Shown: positions 10,207 through 17,984, counted from the first letter of the stretch. The stretch: 60,508 nt of DNA from Rubrobacteraceae bacterium (GCA_035689095.1 DASSMB010000195.1:1-60508), one strand, 5' to 3'. The notes: generated from the letters alone by a model not told the origin. A program made the numbers and translations.

Positions 10207-10926
10207 CTAGGCCTCGACGTCCTTCAGCTCACCGCGGACTATGAGCCTCTCAGTGTTCGAGTAGTCCGGGTTGCCGTTGGCGTCCACGTTGACGATCTCG
10301 CACGTCTGAAGAGTGATGACGTTCTTGCCCGGCACGGGGTTCAGCACGTCTACCTCAGTCGGGTGGACGATCTTCTTCTCAGACACCTTGTAAGTGTACT
10401 TCTGGCCGTCGGCGTCGGTGACGATGATGTCATCCCCCTTCTCCAGCGTGCCGATGCCGTCGAATGCCTTGTAGCTGGGCGTCCCCTGGTAGCCCTCGAC
10501 GTGGCCCGCGAAGTAGACGTTCGCCTCCTTCTTCCACGGCCATCCGGTCGCGAAGCCACCGGATTTCGTCGGGTACCGGATGTGAATCGCCGCGTTGTTG
10601 GTCAACATCTGCGTATCGTCACCCTGCCCAGTCGGAAGATCCTTGAAGTCCTTGCCCAACTTCGGGATGGAAAGTCCGAGGGTCTTCTCCTTCGGCACCT
10701 TCGCAACGAGCTTCTTCTCACCCTTGCCGGAGTCTTTTTTCGCGTCGGACTTCTTCGCGTCGGACTTTTTAGTGTCGGACTCTTTCTTGGGAGCGGCCTT
10801 CTCGGACTTCTTGTCGGAAGCCTTGCTCCCCTGATCACCGCCGGACTGACCGGACGAGCCGCACGCGGCGAGCCCCACCACCATCGTCAGAGCCGCCACC
10901 AACAACACCATCTTCCTTAAAACCAT
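10207..10926 (-). CDS. sortase-fold transpeptidase paralogue with lipoprotein-type signal and Lys-rich linker
   Basis: 'YFAGHV', 'ITLQTCE', 'YSNTERLIVRGEL'. Lipobox 'MVVGLAAC'. Start set at ATG 10926 (GAGGTG RBS 5 nt upstream) rather than the track start 10953. Confidence 0.8.
   Translation of the reverse strand: MVLRKMVLLVAALTMVVGLAACGSSGQSGGDQGSKASDKKSEKAAPKKESDTKKSDAKKSDAKKDSGKGEKKLVAKVPKEKTLGLSIPKLGKDFKDLPTGQGDDTQMLTNNAAIHIRYPTKSGGFATGWPWKKEANVYFAGHVEGYQGTPSYKAFDGIGTLEKGDDIIVTDADGQKYTYKVSEKKIVHPTEVDVLNPVPGKNVITLQTCEIVNVDANGNPDYSNTERLIVRGELKDVEA
10741..10785. repeat. 3 x 15-bp in-frame tandem repeat inside the sortase linker
   Basis: cgcgtcggacttctt / cgcgtcggacttttt / agtgtcggactcttt, encoding the reiterated KKSDA/KKSDT linker. 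Confidence 0.8.
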
Positions 10927-11078
10927 CTCATCACCTCGTATTTCGGTTCTCAAACGCCAGAGTCTCGTCGAAGCCCTACAGCCCCGTTTCAGCAGCCAGC
11001 ATCCTAGCGCCCGAACGTAACATAGCGGCTACAACTCGACCAAAGGTTTATTACAAACTCTCTCCGATGTCGAGGGTG

Positions 11079-11110
11079 CCAACCCTTGTTCAAACCTTTT
11101 ATCAACCCTT
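11079..11110. promoter_or_regulatory. three helically phased 9-bp direct repeats (YCAAMCCTT) in an AT-rich divergent spacer
   Basis: CCAACCCTT (11079-11087), TCAAACCTT (11090-11098), TCAACCCTT (11102-11110), with 11-12 bp periodicity. Lies between the sortase start and the phasin-like gene. Confidence 0.45.
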
Positions 11111-11262
11111 ATATATCAACGACACACCAGCGCGCAGTATAAAAATGACTCACTATCTCCGCGTTAGCGGACCACATACTAAGGAGATTGCCACTATTTG
11201 TAAAGACTTGCTCGATTGACGCCGCTCTCTCAGAAAATTTCTCAGATATCAGAACAACGGCC

Positions 11263-11290
11263 TTGACACGTTAGAATATATGTGTAAACT
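11263..11290 (+). promoter_or_regulatory. sigma-70-like promoter for the 11356 gene
   Basis: TTGACA (11263-11268), 16-nt spacer, TAAACT (11285-11290), about 65 nt upstream of ATG 11356. Confidence 0.5.
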
Positions 11291-11355
11291 GCACATAGAC
11301 TTCAAGAAGAGGTCTGCATGTAGGTAAATTGAGAGAGTTAGAGGAGGCAGAGATC

Positions 11356-11859
11356 ATGGCTACGATGGAGAAGACCAACAAGGCTGCGGAGCGGCTGGCG
11401 AAGGCGACGAGCGACTCGTACAAGACGGTCATTGACCACACGGTGGCGCTGCAGGAGCGGAACGTCCGCTTCGCGCAGGGACTGGTGGACGGCGCGGCTG
11501 GCGAGCTTCGTCACCAGGCCGAGAGCAACCGGAGCCTCGTGGAAGAGCTAGTCGAGCGGGCCGAGAAGCAGCGCGGCGCCTTCCAGACCCTCGTGGAGGA
11601 GTCGGTGGACGCCTACATGGACTTCGTGTATGCGCCCTTCAGCTACTACAAGCAGGGTCTGCGGCTCATCGAGACCGAGGTCACGCAGGGCGGGTTCCCG
11701 ATCCCGAACTATGACGACCTGAACGTTGGCGAGGTCACCAAGCTCATCGACAGTCTCACCGCCGAGCAGATCCGGACGGTCCGCGAGTACGAGAAGAAGA
11801 ACAAGAACCGTGAGACCCTCATCGAGCAGTTCGACCGCAAGCTCAGGCCCGCCTCGTAA
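11356..11859 (+). CDS. hypothetical protein: phasin-like helical N-domain plus C-terminal SAP/HeH-like motif
   Basis: ATG 11356 with 'GAGGAGG' RBS. Helical 'KAAERLAKATSDSYKTVIDHTVALQERNVRFAQG' N-domain. C-terminal 'YDDLNVGEVTKLIDSLTAEQIRTVREYEKKNKNRETLIEQ'. Confidence 0.6.
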   Translation: MATMEKTNKAAERLAKATSDSYKTVIDHTVALQERNVRFAQGLVDGAAGELRHQAESNRSLVEELVERAEKQRGAFQTLVEESVDAYMDFVYAPFSYYKQGLRLIETEVTQGGFPIPNYDDLNVGEVTKLIDSLTAEQIRTVREYEKKNKNRETLIEQFDRKLRPAS

Positions 11860-11906
11860 GAGAATCTCTTAAGAGAGCCTCGTAAGAGGACAACAGGGCA
11901 CAACAG

Positions 11907-11951
11907 GAAAGGGCCGGGATCTCTTCCCGGCCCTTTCGCTTGCTCTTTTTT
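11907..11951. terminator. bidirectional intrinsic terminator between convergent genes
   Basis: 13-bp stem GAAAGGGCCGGGA / TCCCGGCCCTTTC with a 5-nt loop, followed by a T-run (ctctttttt). An A-rich tract on the other side serves csbD. Confidence 0.75.
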
Positions 11952-11957
11952 CGCGTA

Positions 11958-12146
11958 TTATTTGAGCAGGTCTTTTAGATGCCCCTTCTTCTCCTTCATC
12001 GTTCCCTTGCGCTGGTCAGCGCGGCCTTCGGCCTTCTTGGTTCTGTCTCCGGTCAGGGCGCCCGCGGCCTCCTTCAAGCGGCCCGCGGCCTTATCCATCT
12101 TCCCTTCGCCCTTGTCCTGATTCGCGGTGTTGCGCCGCCTGCTCAT
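11958..12146 (-). CDS. csbD: CsbD-family general stress protein
   Basis: 62 aa. 'KAAGRLKEAAGALTGDRTKKAEGRADQRKGTMKEKKGHLKD' is the typical CsbD repeat pattern. Confidence 0.85.
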   Translation of the reverse strand: MSRRRNTANQDKGEGKMDKAAGRLKEAAGALTGDRTKKAEGRADQRKGTMKEKKGHLKDLLK

Positions 12147-12186
12147 CCTGTCCTCCTTGTTCCCGGTAGCATTTGCTACTTGCGTT

Positions 12187-12211
12187 TTACCCGCGGGGGT
12201 CGCGCCTAAAC
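12187..12211 (-). promoter_or_regulatory. sigma-B/sigma-F-type promoter upstream of csbD
   Basis: Minus-strand reading gives GTTTAG - 13 nt - GGGTAA, with the -10 about 40 nt upstream of ATG 12146. The Bacillus SigB / mycobacterial SigF consensus is GTTT-N12-17-GGGTA. Confidence 0.45.
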
Positions 12212-12411
12212 CTTCTCATCTGGACTATGGATAGGCACGTAAGTCCCGCAAACGCGGCGATTCCCGGCATCGGGGCTCCGTATCAGGGCTCGACCCGTCT
12301 GGAAGGTAGCTAATTTAGCATAGGCAAAGATCATTGTTTTTCTAGATGTCGGATAGAGGGTCCTGATGCATCCTTGTTAGTACAACCTGTCCAAGACAAA
12401 GGAGTGAGTTG

Positions 12412-12618
12412 ATGAACGCAATGATCTCGGAGCACAAGGAGACGCTGGCGAAGATGCTGGTGGCCCTGTTCCTGGCGGCGTCTCTGCTGATAGCGGCCGT
12501 CGGTCCGGCGGATGCGGCAGCGAGGTCCAAGTGCAGAAACAACCCGGAGAACTTCAGCTTCTTCCACGGCAAGTGCCTCTCCGACAAGAGGATCGAGAAG
12601 CTGACGGGCGGCGAGTAG
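12412..12618 (+). CDS. small secreted peptide precursor (68 aa; about 33-aa basic mature part with 2 Cys)
   Basis: AAAGGAG RBS 7 nt before ATG 12412. Signal-like 'MLVALFLAASLLIAAVGPADA' followed by 'AARSKCRNNPENFSFFHGKCLSDKRIEKLTGGE'. A strong terminator follows. Confidence 0.5.
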   Translation: MNAMISEHKETLAKMLVALFLAASLLIAAVGPADAAARSKCRNNPENFSFFHGKCLSDKRIEKLTGGE

Positions 12619-12643
12619 ACCAGTAAGGTCGCGTATCTTCTAG

Positions 12644-12674
12644 AAGAGCCGGGGATCGATCCCGGCTCTTTTTT
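12644..12674 (+). terminator. intrinsic terminator
   Basis: 10-bp stem AAGAGCCGGG / CCCGGCTCTT followed directly by further Ts (12671-12674). Confidence 0.75.
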
Positions 12675-12792
12675 ACGTGTTCTCTCCGGCATCCCAGGCA
12701 ACCTTTTCCAGGCAGCCTTTCAACAGATTTCTCTCCCGATAAATGCTAAAAGGTACTGTATCGTAGGCACTATCAACTAGAGGGAGAGAATC

Positions 12793-13341
12793 GTGAACGT
12801 AGCTGCCATGACCCGCGTGGCTCTGATGGTCGCTGTAACAGCCGCCGCCGCGCAGATAGCGATACCGTTACCCTTCTCTCCCGTACCGTTCACGTTGCAG
12901 GTGCTTGCCGTGATCCTCTCCGGCCTGTTACTCGGCCCGCGCTACGGGGCTCTTTCGCAGGCGCTATACGTGCTCGTAGGGTCTATCGGTGTGCCGGTCT
13001 TCGCCCAGTTCCACGGCGGCCTCGGTGTCGTCCTCGGTCCTACGGGCGGATACCTCCTCTCCTATCCCTTCGCCGCCGCCATTGCCGGTCTCGCCGCCCA
13101 CGCCGCCGCCAACTCTCCCCGCCGCCGCGCGCTGACCCGGAGCTTCGTCTGGGGAACGATCGGGCTAGCTGTCATCTACGCTCTTGGCGCGGCATGGCTC
13201 TCCGTGGTCGCGGACCTGCCGGTAGCGGCGGCCGTGGCGCAGGGAGTCCTGCCGTTCGTGGTCTTCGACGTGATCAAGGTAGGTCTCGCCGCACTCGTGG
13301 CGGTAGCCGCCGCGCCAGCCATCGCCACGTCGCGGGTTTAA
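12793..13341 (+). CDS. bioY: biotin transporter S-component
   Basis: 'IAIPLPFSPVPFTLQVLAVILSGLLLGPRYG', 'GPTGGYLLSYPFAA'. GTG start with GAGGGAG RBS. No bioMN adjacent. Confidence 0.85.
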   Translation: MNVAAMTRVALMVAVTAAAAQIAIPLPFSPVPFTLQVLAVILSGLLLGPRYGALSQALYVLVGSIGVPVFAQFHGGLGVVLGPTGGYLLSYPFAAAIAGLAAHAAANSPRRRALTRSFVWGTIGLAVIYALGAAWLSVVADLPVAAAVAQGVLPFVVFDVIKVGLAALVAVAAAPAIATSRV

Positions 13342-13413
13342 AGATCCCGGAAGAACCAGGGCTCGCGTCCTTTAACGGATACTACTATTGTCGCCGCCTC
13401 GACTACGAACCCT

Positions 13414-14763
13414 TTATGCCACCGAGTCGAAGGTGCGCGCCAGGATCTTCAGCCCCTCCTCCAGCTCGTCGTCCGCGATGTTGAGCGGCATGAGGGTGCG
13501 GATGACGTTGCCGTACTGGCCGGCGGTGAGGAGGAGCAGCCCTTCCTGAAGCGCCGTCTCCACGACCTTGCCGGTGCGCTCCTTGTCCGGCTCGCGGGTT
13601 CCAGCGTCCTTGACGAGCTCCATCGCCGCCATCGCGCCCCGCCCGCGCACTTCGCCGACGAAGTCGGGGTGCTTCTGCTGGATGTCGCGCATCGCGCCCA
13701 TCACGCGCTCGCCGAGGGCGTTCGCCTTGCCGAGGATGTCACTCTCCTCGAACTCCTCTATGACGGCGAGGGCCGCGGCGCAGGCGAGCGGGTTGCCGCC
13801 GTAGGTGGTGCCGAGGCCGCCGGTGTGGACGGCGTCCATGATCTCCGCCTTCCCCGTTACGCCGCCGATTGGCATTCCGCCGCCGAGGCTCTTGGCAGTC
13901 GTCACTATGTCCGGGATGACGCCGGAGTGCTCGATGGCGAACATCTTGCCCGTCCGTCCGAAGCCCGTCTGGACTTCGTCCACGATCAGGACGATACCGT
14001 GCTCGTCGCACAACTCCCTTAGCTGCCGCAGGTAGAAGTCCGGGAACGGGATGAATCCGCCCTCGCCGGAGACGGGCTCGCCGATTATCGCCGCGACGCT
14101 GCTGGGGTGCACGTAGCTCACGAAAGCCTTCTCCAGAGCGTTGAAGCAATCGCCCTGGCAGCCGCCGGAGCAGTCCTTGCCCGCCGGGCACCGGTACGGG
14201 TACGGGGCGGGGACACGGTAGATCTCCGGTACGAACGGCCCGAAGCTCTTCTTGTACGGGTCGGTCTTGCTCGTTAGCGACATCGCGAGCATCGTGCGGC
14301 CGTGGAAGGCGTTCTCGAAGGCTATAACCGCCGGACGGCCGGTGTAGGCGCGAGCGATCTTGACGGCGTTCTCCACCGCCTCCGCCCCGGAGTTGATGAA
14401 CATGCTGCGCTTCTTGAAGTCGCCCGGCACCAGGGCGTTCAGTTTCTCGGCCAGCTCTATGTAGGGCTCGTACTCGGTGACGTAGAAGCAGGTGTGCAGA
14501 AAGCGGTCCGCCTGCTCCTTGACCGCCTCGACGACGCGGGCGTTCGTGTGCCCGACGTTCAACACGCCGATGCCGCCGCCGAAATCTATGAACGTGTTGC
14601 CGTCGACGTCGGTGAGGAGCGCGCCCCTCGCCTCCTGCACGAACATCGGGGTGGCGATCCCGATGCCCGACGTGACCGCCCTGTGCCGCCGCTCCATCAG
14701 CGCCCGGCTCTTGGGACCCGGTATCTCCGTCTTTATCCTCGTGGACTCCAGCATCTCAGCCAC
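13414..14763 (-). CDS. gabT: 4-aminobutyrate aminotransferase (class-III PLP)
   Basis: 'DEVQTGFGRTGKMFA', 'TTAKSLGGGMP' (PLP Lys). 449 aa. The true start may be ATG 14754 (GGAAGAGG RBS) rather than GTG 14763. Confidence 0.9.
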   Translation of the reverse strand: MAEMLESTRIKTEIPGPKSRALMERRHRAVTSGIGIATPMFVQEARGALLTDVDGNTFIDFGGGIGVLNVGHTNARVVEAVKEQADRFLHTCFYVTEYEPYIELAEKLNALVPGDFKKRSMFINSGAEAVENAVKIARAYTGRPAVIAFENAFHGRTMLAMSLTSKTDPYKKSFGPFVPEIYRVPAPYPYRCPAGKDCSGGCQGDCFNALEKAFVSYVHPSSVAAIIGEPVSGEGGFIPFPDFYLRQLRELCDEHGIVLIVDEVQTGFGRTGKMFAIEHSGVIPDIVTTAKSLGGGMPIGGVTGKAEIMDAVHTGGLGTTYGGNPLACAAALAVIEEFEESDILGKANALGERVMGAMRDIQQKHPDFVGEVRGRGAMAAMELVKDAGTREPDKERTGKVVETALQEGLLLLTAGQYGNVIRTLMPLNIADDELEEGLKILARTFDSVA

Positions 14764-14809
14764 CTCTTCCTGTCGGCCTTACTCGTTCTAGTGTACTCGT
14801 TGTCGCGCC

Positions 14810-15064
14810 CTACGCGATACCCCCGAGAGAGATGTACTTCACGTCCAGGTACATCTCTCCCATGATGACTTCCCTCGCGCCCGAAGCCGCTCTCCGCCGA
14901 GGGCTACCTCCACGCCCTCCTCCAGCCCGTCACCGACCTTCATCGCGGCCTGCGTCGGTCAGGGTAGTCAGGACCTCGCCGTTCGCGGGGTTTGTCACGT
15001 CGAAGGTCTTGCCGGAGGCGATTCGCTCCGTCCACTCGCCACCGACGAAGAGCGTCTCGATCAC
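14810..15064 (-). pseudogene. collapsed aldehyde/succinate-semialdehyde dehydrogenase relic (about 0.25 kb left of an expected ~1.4 kb gene)
   Basis: GTG 15064 overlaps the upstream stop (GTGA). Frame 1 reads VIETLFVGGEWTERIASGKTFDVTNPANGEVLTTLTDAG, then stops at 14930. Other frames carry 'MKVGDGLEEGVEV', 'LGGER', 'GFGREGSHHG' and 'EMYLDVKYISLGGIA*' (stop 14810-14812). These are N-terminal, mid and C-terminal ALDH motifs. Confidence 0.6.
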
Positions 15065-16017
15065 TGTTTTTCTACTCTCGAATGTGCGATCAGACTCAAA
15101 AACTCATGCGCGATGTTGGCGGCCAGAAGCGCCGTTATCTGCGCCGGGTCGTACTGCGGATAGACCTCCACCACGTCGCAGCCGACGATGTTCAGACCGG
15201 CGAGGCCCCGCGCGAACTCCTGCGCCTCGCGGCTGGTGAAACCCCCGATCTCCGGCGTCCCCGTGCCGGGGGCGAAGGCAGGGTCCACGAAGTCCACGTC
15301 GAAGGAGACGTAGATCCTCGCATCGTCCACCCGCTCTCGGATGCGCTCTATCGTCTCGGGGATGCCGATCTTTCTTACAGCGTCCGTCGGAACAAGCTCG
15401 AAACCCATCTGCCGCGCGTCATCCCAGTCGCGCTCGTCGTAGATAGAACCCCGCATCCCCACCTGGATCGAACGCTCCGGTCTCAACAGCCCCTCTTCCA
15501 CAGCGCGGCGGAAAGGCGTACCGTGAGTGTGCTTCTGCCCGAAGTAGGCGTCCCAGGTATCCGGGTGCGAGTCGAACTGCACGAGAGCGAGCGGTCCGTG
15601 GACGGCAGCGGCGGCCCGAAGCTCCGGCAGCGCGATGGAGTGGTCGCCGCCGAGCACTACGGGTATGACGCCGGCTCGGTGGATGGTCTCCAACCCTTCC
15701 GCGATCTTCTGGTAGCTGGCCTCGATATAGCCGGGAACCACAGGCACGTCGCCGTAGTCTATGACCGAGAGGTGATCGAAGATGCCGACACCCAGGCTGG
15801 GGTTGTACCGCCGCAGGAGGTGCGAGACGGCGCGTATCCCCTCGGGCCCAAAGCGGGCTCCGGCGCGGAAGGTGGCGCCTGTATCGAAAGGCGCTCCAAC
15901 GATGGCGACGTCGGCGTTTTCGAGATCCTGCGTGTTCGGCAAGCGCATGAAGGTGCGCACGCCGGAGAAGCGCGGCGTCTCGAAAGAGTCTGCCGGTTCG
16001 TAGCTGGTCACGGGCAT
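15061..16017 (-). CDS. speB: arginase-family ureohydrolase (agmatinase / guanidinobutyrase type)
   Basis: Mn-ligand motifs 'VQFDSHPD', 'GGDHSIALP', 'SFDVDFVDPAFAPGTGTPE'. 318 aa. Confidence 0.85.
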   Translation of the reverse strand: MPVTSYEPADSFETPRFSGVRTFMRLPNTQDLENADVAIVGAPFDTGATFRAGARFGPEGIRAVSHLLRRYNPSLGVGIFDHLSVIDYGDVPVVPGYIEASYQKIAEGLETIHRAGVIPVVLGGDHSIALPELRAAAAVHGPLALVQFDSHPDTWDAYFGQKHTHGTPFRRAVEEGLLRPERSIQVGMRGSIYDERDWDDARQMGFELVPTDAVRKIGIPETIERIRERVDDARIYVSFDVDFVDPAFAPGTGTPEIGGFTSREAQEFARGLAGLNIVGCDVVEVYPQYDPAQITALLAANIAHEFLSLIAHSRVEKQ

Positions 16018-16163
16018 CTACCGGCCCGCGCTCGGAGCATCCGCTCTCGCCGCTCTCCGGCGAATTTTCCGCGACACGACCGGATGATCTCGCCCCAGCG
16101 CACGTCTCCAGGCGGGGAGATACCCGCTTAGTGTAAAGGTAAGAGAGGCAACCGCTTTGAGCT

Positions 16164-16643
16164 TCATCCCCCGCCCTGCCGGGAACCGTGACGGCCGCGC
16201 GATTCCCTCGGGCTGCGGACCACCATGACCGGACAGTTCGCGTGCCGCAATACGCTGTCCGAAGTGCTACCCAGGAGCCGCCTCAGGGGACCGGAGCCCC
16301 TGACCCCCATGATTATCAGGTGAGAGTCCAACTCGTCGCTCAGGGCGATGATCTCCTCGTCCGCATTGCCCAGCCTCAGATGGGCCTGCGCGACGGTCGC
16401 GCCGGTCTCTTCGATCCTCTTTACTTCCTCATCCAGTATCTCCTGGGCGGCTTTCTTAACCTCGTCGTACAGCTCCTCGTAGATACGCTGACCAGCGGCG
16501 AACGCTACCACCGGCTCCACGAACACGACGTGCAACTCAGAGCCGGTCTTCTCCGCGATCTCACCCGCCACCCGCGCAGCTAATGCCGCAGTGTCGGAGT
16601 CGTCGCTCGCTATGAGTATCTTTGTTGGGAACATGGTGTCCAT
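16164..16643 (-). CDS. universal stress protein (UspA family)
   Basis: 'KILIASDDS', 'MGVRGSGPLRRLLGSTSDSVLRHANCPVMVV' ATP-binding type C-terminus. Confidence 0.85.
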   Translation of the reverse strand: MDTMFPTKILIASDDSDTAALAARVAGEIAEKTGSELHVVFVEPVVAFAAGQRIYEELYDEVKKAAQEILDEEVKRIEETGATVAQAHLRLGNADEEIIALSDELDSHLIIMGVRGSGPLRRLLGSTSDSVLRHANCPVMVVRSPRESRGRHGSRQGGG

Positions 16644-16862
16644 CTGTTTTCCTCCTCTCTCGCCAGTTTTCCCCGCGAGGCAAAATGGACGGCTCTGGCC
16701 CGTGATGCCGGACGCTCAACCCGCCTGAACCGCAGTGGCTCGTTGCGCTCGCGCACATCTGCGGCGTCCGCCAAACCACCTCTCCTTCCCGACGTGATCA
16801 TATACCCGCGCCCCCTTACGCCGCACCCCGAACGATCCATCGGAGTATCAGGGACGTGTCTG

Positions 16863-17984
16863 CTATCTAAGGAGCTTCGCGGGGTCCATGTAGGACAGAC
16901 CGTGGGCCTCGGCGGTCGGCTCGTGGACGAGGTTGCCGTCCAGCGTGCTCAGGCCCTTCGCCAGCGCCGGGTCAGCCGCCGCGGCTCCTTCTATCCCCTG
17001 ATCGGCTATCCTGATCAGGTACGGCAGCGTCACGCTCGTGAGCGCCAGCGTGGAAGTCCTCGCAACCGCGCCGGGGATGTTCGCCACGCAGTAATGCACT
17101 ACTCCTTCTTCTATATAGGTCGGGTCCGAGTGCGTCGTCGGACGCGCCGTCTCCACGCACCCGCCCTGGTCTATAGCCACGTCCACGACCACCGAGCCGT
17201 CCCTCATGCTCGCCACCATGTCCCTGGTCACGAGCTTGGGCGCCTTCGCCCCGTGTACCAGCACCGCTCCTATGACCACGTCGGATTCGGCGACGTAAGA
17301 GGCGGTGCGCGCGCGGTTCGGGATCACCAGGTCCACCCGCCCCTCGAAGATGTCGGAGAGGTACGCGAGCCGCTTGGGGTTCACGTCCAGCACCCTGACG
17401 ATGGCCCGCATCCCGACCGCTATCTTCGCCGCCTCCGTCCCGACCACCCCGCCGCCGATGATCGTAACCTTCGCCGCCGGAGTGCCGGGGACGCCTCCGA
17501 GCAGCAGTCCCGCGCCACCCTGCGGGCTCTCCAGGCAGTGGGCCGCGGCCTGCGTCGCCATCCTTCCGGCCACCTCGCTCATCGGTGTGAGGAGCGGCAG
17601 GCTCCCATCTGGTGTCTCGACCGTCTCGTAGGCTATCGAGTTGACCTTCTTCTCCATCAGGAACTCGGTGAGTCCCTTGTCCGCCGCGAGGTGCAGGTAG
17701 GTGAAGAGCTGCTGACCTTCCTTGAAGCGGTCGTACTCCTCCGGGATGGGCTCCTTGACCTTCACGATCAAGTCCGCCGCCTCGAAGACCTCTTCAGCGC
17801 TCTGGACCATCCGCGCCCCGGCATCGGCGTACTCCCCGTTCGTAAAGCCCGCTCCCGCGCCGGCCCCCGACTGCACAACGACCTCGTGGCCGTGATGCAC
17901 CAGCTCCGCGACCCCGTCCGGCTGCATCGAAACGCGGCCTTCCTTGTCCTTGATCTCCTTCGGAACCCCTACCACCCGCGCCAT
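16863..17984 (-). CDS. ald: alanine dehydrogenase
   Basis: 'VGVPKEIKDKEGRV', Rossmann 'IIGGGVVGTEAAKIA', 'HYCVANIPGAV'. Start set at ATG 17984 (AAAGGA RBS); the track TTG is at 18002. Confidence 0.9.
   Translation of the reverse strand: MARVVGVPKEIKDKEGRVSMQPDGVAELVHHGHEVVVQSGAGAGAGFTNGEYADAGARMVQSAEEVFEAADLIVKVKEPIPEEYDRFKEGQQLFTYLHLAADKGLTEFLMEKKVNSIAYETVETPDGSLPLLTPMSEVAGRMATQAAAHCLESPQGGAGLLLGGVPGTPAAKVTIIGGGVVGTEAAKIAVGMRAIVRVLDVNPKRLAYLSDIFEGRVDLVIPNRARTASYVAESDVVIGAVLVHGAKAPKLVTRDMVASMRDGSVVVDVAIDQGGCVETARPTTHSDPTYIEEGVVHYCVANIPGAVARTSTLALTSVTLPYLIRIADQGIEGAAAADPALAKGLSTLDGNLVHEPTAEAHGLSYMDPAKLLR

Noticed and set aside
14832-15239. 135-aa plus-strand ORF across the gabT/ureohydrolase spacer.
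   Set aside because: Pro/Arg/Ser-rich. The minus strand of the same DNA gives recognisable ALDH fragments and the ureohydrolase C-terminus.
16018-16163. Possible guanidine (ykkC) or other riboswitch upstream of the arginase-family gene.
   Set aside because: I could not find the conserved ykkC core elements (GGGA/ACGR...GGUCCGAGAG-like) by eye. A covariance-model search would be needed for any claim.
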